Source: a virus (lineage: Duplodnaviria; Caudoviricetes). From it: a DNA stretch of 42,932 nucleotides. The position numbers and the translations under genes are program-made. Position 1 is the first letter of the stretch. Each line of letters opens with the position of its first letter. The stretch is from IMG/VR virus record IMGVR_UViG_3300025018_000246, positions 1 through 42,932 of that record; one strand, given 5' to 3'. A model generated the notes under the pieces. That model did no database searches. It saw nothing but the letters and a program-made list of their open reading frames with translations, and was not told the origin of the DNA. Below, one piece after another: positions 27,183 to 36,900 of this stretch.

Positions 27183-27656
27183 ATGAGCGGAGAAAACACA
27201 GCAACAGATGTATTGGATATGGTAGAAGAACTTGATCTTGATTCATTGTTGGATACTCAACTTGATGATATTGAAGATCTTCCTAGTTTTAAACCTTTTG
27301 CTCCGGGCTTGCATAATGTTATGGCCTCTTTTGAACTTACTGATGTTAATGGTAAGTCAGCAGTTGAGCTTCAGTTTACTTATGTAAGCACTATTGAGTT
27401 GGCTGATCCAGAAGATGAGCCACCCAAAGAAGGAGATACTTGTAATACTATGTTCATTCTTAGTAATAAGTATGGTCTTGGTAATTTCAAGAAATGTGCT
27501 TCTCCTTTTAAAGAAGCTCTGGGTCTTAGCACTTTGCGAGATGTTATCGAAAATGCTAAGTCAGTTGAGTGCGTACTGCTTAATGGCAAGCATCGAAGTG
27601 ACAAAGAGGATCCCGATAAGAAGTACCTCAATGTTAAAGAGATTGTAATAAGCTAA
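27183..27656 (+). CDS. Putative single-stranded DNA-binding protein (DUF669-like OB fold)
   Basis: Acidic protein with a P.G.H.V...F beta pattern; follows the Sak4-like gene. Confidence 0.55.
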   Translation: MSGENTATDVLDMVEELDLDSLLDTQLDDIEDLPSFKPFAPGLHNVMASFELTDVNGKSAVELQFTYVSTIELADPEDEPPKEGDTCNTMFILSNKYGLGNFKKCASPFKEALGLSTLRDVIENAKSVECVLLNGKHRSDKEDPDKKYLNVKEIVIS

Positions 27657-27683
27657 GCGCAGTAAATGATGTAAGCAAATGAG

Positions 27684-27714
27684 ACCTGCCTTGGGTAACT
27701 GGGGCAGGTTTTCT
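27684..27714 (+). terminator. Intrinsic terminator
   Basis: ACCTGCC...GGCAGGT stem followed by TTTCT. Confidence 0.7.
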
Positions 27715-27733
27715 AACATAGTAAGGGATAAAA

Positions 27734-30157
27734 ATGAGTAGCATAAAAGCCAAGTACTCAATTCAAGAGCATATTAAAAAGATAAAAGCTGCTGATAAGA
27801 CTGACCGTACTGACAGAGATAGAATAGTATTCTGGGGAACCAGTCAAGATAAATCTTTTTTGCCCCACCTTAAAGCCTGTGTTGGCTCCACACTAGTAAT
27901 GCTTAGACTTGATACTATAACCACAGTATCTCAAGTACAGCTATACTGTAAAACTAAGCATATCACAAAAGTAATCTCTACTTCTATACCATTACTTAAG
28001 AAGTTATTAGATTGGACTAATAGCCGATCTTCTCCTTCTTTATCAAACTATGCTGGAAGCTATTTTACATTGCCTCCTTTAGATAAAGATGGTGATGAGA
28101 TAGAAGTAGTTTTTATTAATCCTCTCAAGCATATAGCCACTGTACCGCAGGGCAGATTCATGGCTACTAGGCTTATAACTAAGTTGACTAAGCAGGATAC
28201 TTGGTTTAAGCCTACAGCCTATAGAGGATTTACATTACTTACAGAAGATAATTACAGTAGTTTCTTAGCAACTTTTGATTCAGCTTTTTTAATCTCAATA
28301 GATATAGAAACTATAAAAGAGGGAGCTACTATTAGGTGTGTAGGATACACTGCTTTTTTCTATGACAGTAAAGAAGAATGTGGTATGAGATCTGAATCAG
28401 TTGTATTAGCTTTAAATACCCCGTTTATGTTATCTGTAATGAGAAAGTTTAATTCTACTAAACCTCCTAAAGTATTTCAAAATGGGAAGTATGATATTTC
28501 TTATATGACTAGGTATGGTGCTCCAGTTTATAACTATCTATATGATACTGCTAACTTTTTTCATAGCTGGCTTAGTGAGCTACCTAAAGATCTCGGATTT
28601 CTTAACTCCTTCTTTATCCGTAAGGCAGTGTATTGGAAAGATCTAGCTAAGACTAATGATCTTCATGAATATTATAACTATAATGCTCTTGATACTTGGG
28701 GCACTGGCAACACTTTCTTAGCTATGTTATTAGAAGCTCCAGAGTTTGCAATAAATAATTACCTATTAGAGTTCCCCTTAGTTTTTCCTTGCCATCTATG
28801 TGAAATGACTGGTATAGAGAGGGATATGGATGCTCTTGAGGCAGCAAGAAAAATACAACAGGATATTATAGATAAAGAGACAGCTTCACTAAATACTATT
28901 TTAGGTATTCCAGAAGGAGAATCATTTAATACTAACTCTCCTTTACAAATGAAAGCGCTACTTAAAATACTTGGATGCTCAGATCTTAAGAAGGCAGATG
29001 AGAAAGCTCTCAAGAAAGCTAAGTTCAGGCACCCTCTTAACAGTGATATACTTGGCAAAGTTATTACAATAAGAAAAGCTAGGAAATTAGTATCAACGTA
29101 TTTAACTCCAGGGAAAGAATTCAGTAATCAGAATGGAGAAGGTAATAGAATCTTATTCGCACTTAATCCTCACGCTACTGATACTAGTAGACTTGCTTCC
29201 AGAGAGCATCATTTCTGGTGTGGTTTACAGGTACAGAATATACCAAGAGGTAAATCTGTTAAATGTACTCTTAAAGCTGACCCTGGCTTTAACTTTGCAG
29301 AAGTAGATCTTGAGCAAGCAGAGAGTAGGGACACAGCTTATATATCTGGAGATCTTAAGCTAATACATAATGTAGAATTTTCTCCTGATTTCCACTGTGC
29401 TAATGCTTCTGCTTTCTTCGGTATCCCTTTTGAAGAGTTATATGATGTTGCTACTAATAAAAAATTAAACGTGCCTATAAGAGATATAGCCAAGAACGTA
29501 AATCACGGAGCTAATTATAACATGGGTGCTTATGTTCTAGTGGATACTATGGGAGAGGAAAACATACTTAAAGCTAAACGCTTGTTAGGGCTACCAAGGC
29601 AATGGAACTTCTTACAAGTAGCTGAACACTTGTTAGCTCAGTTTCATGCTACCTACCCTAGTATCAGAGAAGTATACTATGAAGGAGTTAAAGTAGAGAT
29701 AGCTAAGAGTAGGAGACTAACTAGTAAAGCTGTGCATGGAGTATTTTCCGCTGAGGAGTATGCGGGAGCTTTAGAAAAGAATCCAGGTTGGGTAAGAAGT
29801 TGCTTTTCAGATCCTAGTAAATCTAAGACTGCTCTTAATTCTTATATAGCACACCCGCCACAGTCACTTAATGCACAGACTCTTAACAAAGCATTCTTAC
29901 CAGTGTTTAAAGATATAGCTATGAATCCTGAACACAGATTTAATTTTAAGTTATTGGCACAGATCCATGATAGCATCTTGTTCCAATGGAGAGATGGGCA
30001 TAGATATTTATGTGATATGGTTAAAGAGAGGATGGAGATACCTGTTACTATTAAAGCATATGATAATAAAATCAGAACTTTTACTGTCCCTGCTGGCATT
30101 AAATCAGGAGAGCACACACTTAATAAGGTAGCCAAATACTGGAGTGAAACAGAATGA
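27734..30157 (+). CDS. polA: Family A DNA polymerase with 3'-5' exonuclease and degenerate UDG-like N-terminal domain
   Basis: Exo motifs DIET, NGKYD and YNALD; TSRLAS; QNIP; motif A DLEQAESR, motif B RDIAKNVNHGANY, motif C QIHDS. Confidence 0.95.
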   Translation: MSSIKAKYSIQEHIKKIKAADKTDRTDRDRIVFWGTSQDKSFLPHLKACVGSTLVMLRLDTITTVSQVQLYCKTKHITKVISTSIPLLKKLLDWTNSRSSPSLSNYAGSYFTLPPLDKDGDEIEVVFINPLKHIATVPQGRFMATRLITKLTKQDTWFKPTAYRGFTLLTEDNYSSFLATFDSAFLISIDIETIKEGATIRCVGYTAFFYDSKEECGMRSESVVLALNTPFMLSVMRKFNSTKPPKVFQNGKYDISYMTRYGAPVYNYLYDTANFFHSWLSELPKDLGFLNSFFIRKAVYWKDLAKTNDLHEYYNYNALDTWGTGNTFLAMLLEAPEFAINNYLLEFPLVFPCHLCEMTGIERDMDALEAARKIQQDIIDKETASLNTILGIPEGESFNTNSPLQMKALLKILGCSDLKKADEKALKKAKFRHPLNSDILGKVITIRKARKLVSTYLTPGKEFSNQNGEGNRILFALNPHATDTSRLASREHHFWCGLQVQNIPRGKSVKCTLKADPGFNFAEVDLEQAESRDTAYISGDLKLIHNVEFSPDFHCANASAFFGIPFEELYDVATNKKLNVPIRDIAKNVNHGANYNMGAYVLVDTMGEENILKAKRLLGLPRQWNFLQVAEHLLAQFHATYPSIREVYYEGVKVEIAKSRRLTSKAVHGVFSAEEYAGALEKNPGWVRSCFSDPSKSKTALNSYIAHPPQSLNAQTLNKAFLPVFKDIAMNPEHRFNFKLLAQIHDSILFQWRDGHRYLCDMVKERMEIPVTIKAYDNKIRTFTVPAGIKSGEHTLNKVAKYWSETE

Positions 30158-30693
30158 GTAGTTTTATAATTACAGCTCTTGGAGATAAGTTTGATTTTGA
30201 TAATCCAGAAAGCTCTTATATGGATATATATCAAATAGGCTTATCTTTATCTAAACAATGTAGATTCAATGGCCATACTAGTGTATTCTATTCAGTAGCG
30301 CAGCACTCTGTATTGGTTTCTTATTATCTGCCCCCTGAATTAGCTCTAGCTGGATTGCTTCATGATGCTTCAGAAGCTTTTATTGGAGACTTAGTTACTC
30401 CTCTTAAAAAGAGGTTCCCAGAGTTTAAAGAGTTAGAGGATAAAATACAAAGAGCGATTAACTTACGGTTTAACTTACCTCTTACTGTAGATCCTAGAAT
30501 TAAACAAACTGACTTGAGAGTATTAGCTACTGAAAAACGAGATGTAATGCCACCTAATAATTATCATTGGGCAATACTAGATGGCATTGATCCATTTGGA
30601 GAAAAAATACGAGCACAAAATAATGCTCAAGCCTATGCATCTTTTATAGCTAGGTATAAAGATATAATGCGGAACGGTGCTAAATTCTTGTGA
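30154..30693 (+). CDS. HD-domain 5'-deoxynucleotidase-like phosphohydrolase (YfbR/YfdR-like)
   Basis: Motifs CRFNGH, YSVAQHS and LLHDASEAFIGD..TPLK. Confidence 0.9.
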   Translation: MSSFIITALGDKFDFDNPESSYMDIYQIGLSLSKQCRFNGHTSVFYSVAQHSVLVSYYLPPELALAGLLHDASEAFIGDLVTPLKKRFPEFKELEDKIQRAINLRFNLPLTVDPRIKQTDLRVLATEKRDVMPPNNYHWAILDGIDPFGEKIRAQNNAQAYASFIARYKDIMRNGAKFL

Positions 30694-31952
30694 AAGAAGA
30701 TTTTATTTCTACTTATTTACAGTATACATCTGAAACTGAATGTCCCACATTCTTCCATAGATGGACAGCAGTCACTTGCTTAGCTGCTTACTTAGGACGT
30801 AGACCCTATTTTAGGTTTGGTCACTTTGATATATATCCTAATATATACTGTATGCTAATAGGATCTCCAGGAACTAAAAAATCTTCAGCTATTAAAATAG
30901 GCAGTAAGCTATTAAAGATAGCTGGCTATAATACTTTTGCTGCTAAGAAAACTAGACAAGAGAAGTTCTTATTAGATCTAGCTGAACAAACTGAGAACTA
31001 TGGTTCATTTGATGAATCAGACATACTAGACCAAAATCTTTGGGGAGATACTATAGATGAGAATATATTATCTCGACCCCCGGCAGAATGTTTTATTGCG
31101 GCAGACGAGTTTAATACTTTTATAGGTATGGGTAACACAGATTTTATTTCTATCCTAGGAGATCTATGGGATTATGAAGGAGTCTATGACTATAAATTAA
31201 AGAACTCTAAATCAGTATTCATACCAAACCCAACTATTAATATCTTAGGAGGTAATACTCCTACTGGCTTCTCTCAGGCATTTCCAGTAGATACTATAGG
31301 ACAGGGTTTCTTTAGCAGACTGCTCCTAGTATATGGTGAGCCAAGTGGAGTTAAATATACGTTTCCTAATCCGCCGGATTTAGTATTACAGAAAAGGTTA
31401 ATTAACTTATTACATACAATTAAGACAGAGGTAGTTGGAGAAATTGGTATATCAGAAAAAGCTAGGGACTTGGTTCATATCATATATCATAACTGGGAAA
31501 ACTTAACTGATGTTAGGTTCGATCATTATTCTAATCGAAGGCTCCAACATTTATTAAAACTTTCATTGGTAATAACAGCATCAAGAATTTCTACTGAGAT
31601 AAGTTTTGAAGATGTAGTAAGTGCTAATACTTTATTAACTTTTACAGAGCATCTAATGCCTAAAGCTCTTGGCGAGTTTGGTAGAGCAAGAAACTCTGGA
31701 GTATCACATAAAGTAATGAATGCTATATATGATGCTAGACTACCTATAACATTTCAGGGCATATGGAAGTTAGTGCATCAAGACTTAGAACATAGAAATC
31801 AATTAATAGAAATTATAGGAGGCTTACAGATAGCTGAAAAGATACAGGCAGTAGGTAATGGATACTTGCCTTTAAAAAAGGTTAGAGAAGAAGCAGTGAG
31901 TGGAACTCTTGATTGGAGCTTATTAACACAAGAAGAAAGAGAATTACTATGA
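30690..31952 (+). CDS. DUF3987/YfjI-family ATPase (putative replicative helicase/initiator)
   Basis: PNIYCMLIGSPGTKKSSA, ADEF, LWD, ILGG.TP and GFFSRLL; C-terminal winged-helix-like segment. Confidence 0.75.
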   Translation: MKEDFISTYLQYTSETECPTFFHRWTAVTCLAAYLGRRPYFRFGHFDIYPNIYCMLIGSPGTKKSSAIKIGSKLLKIAGYNTFAAKKTRQEKFLLDLAEQTENYGSFDESDILDQNLWGDTIDENILSRPPAECFIAADEFNTFIGMGNTDFISILGDLWDYEGVYDYKLKNSKSVFIPNPTINILGGNTPTGFSQAFPVDTIGQGFFSRLLLVYGEPSGVKYTFPNPPDLVLQKRLINLLHTIKTEVVGEIGISEKARDLVHIIYHNWENLTDVRFDHYSNRRLQHLLKLSLVITASRISTEISFEDVVSANTLLTFTEHLMPKALGEFGRARNSGVSHKVMNAIYDARLPITFQGIWKLVHQDLEHRNQLIEIIGGLQIAEKIQAVGNGYLPLKKVREEAVSGTLDWSLLTQEERELL

Positions 31953-32587
31953 CTATCCAATTATCTGTTTTAGTTGTGTGTGAAGAATCGGGCAAGGTAA
32001 GAAATGAGTTTAGGCGCTTAGGGCATAACGCATATTCAAATGATTTAGTTCAAGCTAGAGATGGGAGTGAGTACCATTTAAAAATGGATGCCTTCGATGC
32101 TATAAGTACAAGGGTGTGGGATATTATAATCTTACATCCGCCCTGTGACTATCTAGCCTCTTCTGGCAATAATTGGTATTCGTATGGAAAACCAAAGTTT
32201 TATTTAAGAAAAGAAGCTTTAGCTTGGACTATTAAATTGTGGTATCATGCTAAAAATCATAGCGATCATGTTGCTATGGAAAATCCTATAGGTGTACTTA
32301 GTGGTATAGCTTTTATGGAGGCAACTCAATGGATTCATCCTAGAGATCATGGGCATATAGAGAGTAAAAAGACTGGCTTATGGTTACACAACTTACCTAA
32401 GTTAGTTCCTACTAAAATAGTTCCTAAGCCCCAGAAAGGATCTATAGAAGAAATGGCAGCACACAGACTCACTAATATGCCAAGGAAAGAAAGTAGAAAG
32501 AGAGATAGATCAGAAACTTTCTTAGGTATAGCAAAAGCAATGGCCTATCAATGGTCACAACATGTAATTAACCAAAAGGAAATATAG
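31949..32587 (+). CDS. Short DNA cytosine-C5 methyltransferase-like protein
   Basis: Motif I variant VCEESG, HPPC, ENP and RSETF.GIA.AMA.QW; ATGA-coupled start at 31949. Confidence 0.75.
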   Translation: MTIQLSVLVVCEESGKVRNEFRRLGHNAYSNDLVQARDGSEYHLKMDAFDAISTRVWDIIILHPPCDYLASSGNNWYSYGKPKFYLRKEALAWTIKLWYHAKNHSDHVAMENPIGVLSGIAFMEATQWIHPRDHGHIESKKTGLWLHNLPKLVPTKIVPKPQKGSIEEMAAHRLTNMPRKESRKRDRSETFLGIAKAMAYQWSQHVINQKEI

Positions 32588-32589
32588 TT

Positions 32590-33510
32590 ATGAACAGACC
32601 GAACGTTTTAGTGGCGTACCACGCTAATTGCATAGATGGTTTTACATCTGCGTGGATACTTAATAGATTCTTTAACCGTAAAGCAATTAAAGTTGATTGC
32701 ATTCCGGTGAACTATACAGAGAAATCATATCAATCTATAGAAAAAGTTATAAAAGAATTATACATAACTGATGTATATATTGTAGATTTTTCTATACCCA
32801 CACAATTAATTACTCATATTACTAATATCATTTCTGGAGAGTTATGGATATTGGATCATCATAGAACAGCTTTTGAAAAGTATTTTCAAAAGGATAACTA
32901 TGTAGAAGGGCAGAGAAAAACAATAACTAGCAGCGCCTGTAAGATAATACTAGATGATTCAGAATCTGGGGCTTCATTAGTTTGGAAACATATCATGAAC
33001 TGCATTGAGGTTCCTAATCTCATAAGATATGTTAGAGAGTATGATCTGCATAAGTTTACTGATGAGAAAAGAGCTCGAGCAGTTAATATGTATCTGCGCT
33101 CTTTAAATAAGACTTTTGAAGATTGGGATAAAGTATATACAAATTTAGAATACTATGAAGGCGAGGAGTATATTATTAATTATGGTAACTACTTATTAGA
33201 TATTTTTGAAAAGAATTGTCAAGATATAGCTAAAAATTGCTATCCTATAAGTTTCAATAATATAAGTGGGCTAGCTGTAGAAACTCATCCTGAGTATTCA
33301 ACTAGGGTAGGAAATATATTAGCAGAAAAATCTGGCACCTTTGGGGCAACAGTATATCATTCTGATGATACAGTACAATGGTCATTTAGATCAACGCCGG
33401 AAACTGGAGTAAATGTAGCTGCTATAGCTAAAACTTTAGGCGGCGGAGGACATACTAGAGCTGCCGGAGCTATAATAAAAAAGGATAAAGGAAATGAGAC
33501 TATTAATTGA
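32590..33510 (+). CDS. DHH/DHHA1 phosphoesterase (NrnB-like)
   Basis: Motifs YH..C.DG, VDFS, LDHH, SGA and GGGGH..AAG. Confidence 0.9.
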   Translation: MNRPNVLVAYHANCIDGFTSAWILNRFFNRKAIKVDCIPVNYTEKSYQSIEKVIKELYITDVYIVDFSIPTQLITHITNIISGELWILDHHRTAFEKYFQKDNYVEGQRKTITSSACKIILDDSESGASLVWKHIMNCIEVPNLIRYVREYDLHKFTDEKRARAVNMYLRSLNKTFEDWDKVYTNLEYYEGEEYIINYGNYLLDIFEKNCQDIAKNCYPISFNNISGLAVETHPEYSTRVGNILAEKSGTFGATVYHSDDTVQWSFRSTPETGVNVAAIAKTLGGGGHTRAAGAIIKKDKGNETIN

Positions 33511-33586
33511 TACTTTTACGATCTTGTTCTGGGGTATTATTATATGGTTGATAGCTGTAGGCTGGACTAATTTGATACCTCAGTAA
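33494..33586 (+). CDS. Small membrane peptide (30 aa, not in track)
   Basis: MRLLIDTFTILFWGIIIWLIAVGWTNLIPQ, with AAGGA upstream. Confidence 0.5.
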   Translation: MRLLIDTFTILFWGIIIWLIAVGWTNLIPQ

Positions 33587-33616
33587 CTTTTAAACTAGTA
33601 TAATTGGAGATATATC

Positions 33617-33898
33617 ATGAGCACCATAGATGGCAAAGAATTAAAAACTGGCAAGACTAATCTTCATTACTTTAGTATGGCTAGATTAGCATTAAACATG
33701 GAGGTGAAGCATCATACACCTTTATTATTATTATTACAGCAGTATAATCCTAATACTCAGTATCCAGAAATCTTAGGAGAGATAGCTGCTTATTGCAATA
33801 TAGCTATGGATGGACTATATACACAAGAGGATCTTGATAGACTTTGTGGGATACTATATAGAAAGTTAACTGAAATGAGAAAGATAATACTGCACTAA
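33617..33898 (+). CDS. Hypothetical protein, last gene of the plus-strand arm
   Basis: GGAG RBS; 93 aa. Confidence 0.75.
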   Translation: MSTIDGKELKTGKTNLHYFSMARLALNMEVKHHTPLLLLLQQYNPNTQYPEILGEIAAYCNIAMDGLYTQEDLDRLCGILYRKLTEMRKIILH

Positions 33899-33901
33899 TC
33901 A

Positions 33902-36900
33902 TTAATCATTAGTAAAATCTCTAAGCTCTCGATCTCCCATGAGTTCCTGCATCGCTTTAGCATATGGAGTATCGAGGGCTCTACTTATTTCATTAGCTTG
34001 TGAAGTATTAGCTGCTGAATATAACTGTCCTATCCACTGATTAAACTCAGCTTGCTTTCCTCCCCTCTGCACAAACTTATCTATAAAGCTATCTAACTGT
34101 TCTTGTGTTGGCATATTGCCAGCTAGCATAGTTGACTTTATAGCTTTTCCTAATTGTTGTTTTCTCTTATTTTGTTGTAAAGCATAGGCTTTAAATCTAA
34201 ATGCAGCATCTAATGCTATAGCTTCATCCAAAGGCTTACCACCTACAAGTCTTGATAGGTTAGCAACCGATAAAAGATCATTAGCAGCTATTACGTTTCC
34301 TCTATTAGAAGTAGAATAACTAGCTTTAAGCGGGTTATTAAAACCTTCAAGAGCTTGAGCAAGTCCAGCAAGAGGTCTACTAAGTCCATTCTTTTCAAAC
34401 CCCTGTAGTATAGTTGTAGTAACATCTCCACCTAAAGCGAGCTGTTTACTCGTATTCATTAAGTTACTAAAAAACCTACCGTAAGCTTGAACTATAGGGA
34501 TCTCAGCGGGATTAACTGGTAATATAGTAACATTTCTTGGATTAAGATCTCCACGAGTATACAAGTTAATTCTTAAATCTGGGTGCAATAAACCTAATGC
34601 ATTAGATGCAGCTCCGTACATTAGCCAATCGCCAGCAGTTTTGCCAGCTACTCCATACAGTGTTGTATAAATATCTTTGTTTTCTGTATTACCTGAAGCT
34701 GTTCCTATAATATGAGTATTAACTGCATTAAATGCAGGCAATCCATTCATACCATGTATAGTTCCTTGCAAGGCTAACAGAGTAGCAGCATCTTTAGCAG
34801 ATCCTTCTCCAACATGACGTAACAATTGTTGCATTAAGTTAAACTGATAAGTTTGAAATAAAGATACAGCTTGTCCGACAGCTCCCTGAAATACTATGGG
34901 TCTTTGAGAAGCTTGATAGTTTCCTTGCGTCCTATTAACAAATGTATTTATATAACTAAGCTGCTCTTTTGTTGTCATTAGATTCTTACTGACTGCTATA
35001 TCAGTAAGCTGTTTCATAACATCAGCAGCTACGAATCTGTTAAACTCTTCAGCCAGTCTGTTACCAGTTAATACTTCACCTTTATCTCCCATCTCTTTAG
35101 CTGTCTTGAATGCTTTATTGATTCCAGCACTAAAGTCACCCGCAGTTCCTCTAAAAGATAGGTCATCTAATACGTTTCTATATTGATCAGAGATCCGAGT
35201 CATGAATCCATGATCTTCAAAAAATCTAAACTCATCACTATTTCTTCCAACTTCATGGAACTTTCTGATGGCATTAGATATTAGTTTACCAGCGGAGAAT
35301 ACAGTTTGATCTGTTCCAGGAACAGCTATTCTAGTTAATTCTGCTAGCTGCCCTACTGCTTCTGAGTCTCCTCTTTCTATAGCTCTTATTACAGCTTTAA
35401 CTTCAGTACCTAAAAGTACGTTAGCAGATACTGCGTTGTTAATAGCATTAAGAGTATCCCAGCGAAGAACTACAGTAGCTAGAACACTATTAGCTTTTTG
35501 AACTAAGGAAGATAAAGCTCCTCTTGCAGGATTTATATTAGAAAAAATCTCCATAGATTCATCATACTGAGCTCCCTTATAACCTACCCTTTCCATTATA
35601 GCTTGGATCTCAAGTAAATCTTCTGGAGACTTAGCTTTCTGTTGAACCTTAGCTATATTTTTATACATCTTACTAAAAATATCATCTACGTTTTTATTAA
35701 AATTAGTTAAGATCGGATAGTCAGAAGTACGACGAACATTAAGTGCAGTTTTAATAAAGTCTACATAGGGGTTAGCAACCACACTATCTGCGAATTCATC
35801 TAAAGATAAGTTACCAAATTTAGATGTAGCGACATTAGTAAAGTTCTCTCCGAGGCTTCTAAGCTCATCGAAAGCAACTTCATATTTAGCAGATACAGCT
35901 TCTCTAACTAAGCCAGCTTCTCTTTCCATATGCCATTTAAGCATATCTTTAACAATCTTATTAGGATCCGTTGGCACAATATACGGAGCACTATCTCCCA
36001 TTCGTTTCATGGAAGAATCTGCATAGTTATCATGCAAAGTTTTTTCGTATTCAAACTGCCCTTTGCCCTTAAAGTAAGCTTCAGTTTCCGCTTTAGTCCT
36101 GATAGTAACTCCTGGATTATTATTAGTAATCCGAGTTATCATGTCTTTTAATTCTTGCTCAGAAGTTGCATAGAGCATAGTATTAGGATTACCAACAGCA
36201 GTTAGTCTTTCATCATAGACTGATGCAAAGTATTGATAATCTCTAGTATCAACTGGCAACGGATAAAATACATCAGGAGCTCTATTAAATTGTTGACCCT
36301 GCGCAGCTCTTATACTTGCTAGTCCCATATTTCTTTTGCCATTTAATTCTATATGAGCTCCAACTAGTTTCCTTACTGTATCATCTTTTATATCAATTCT
36401 TGCTAACATAGCTGGAGATATTTCTGGCATAGGTGGAGCTTCTTTTCCAACAGCAGCAGCTTGCTCAGCCATTTGTTTCCATCTTACAATAGCAGCAGGC
36501 TCTAATGCATCTCCAGCAGCATTAAGAGCATAATCTCCTTCTATTCCTCTAAGTGTTCTATTAAGAACTGCCCACTCTATAGCAGCTTCTCTATTTTTTG
36601 CTAGCTTAGAAAGTAAAGGATTTAAAGCTTCAGTAGTTCTTGACTGAAACTTAGTTATTACACTGGCAGTTTGTTTACCTATAAACTCTACTGTAGCTCC
36701 TAAAGATCCATATCTACTAATCGCCGCTGAGAAAGCACCAGCGCCAGCTCCGCTCGAAGTAGCTTTAGTTGCTATATCCCCAGCAGCTCCTCCAGATATG
36801 TCTAAAAACTTTCCAAAATCTTCTGCTAGTACATAAGAAGCAGCATTATCAAGATCCATACCATATAACTTTTGCTGTTCTTTTATTATAGCTAAGTTAT

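Noticed and set aside
30154-30693. DatZ / 2-aminoadenine (Z) genome system
   Set aside because: No PurZ (adenylosuccinate synthetase-like) or MazZ gene. This HD family is common in ordinary phages.
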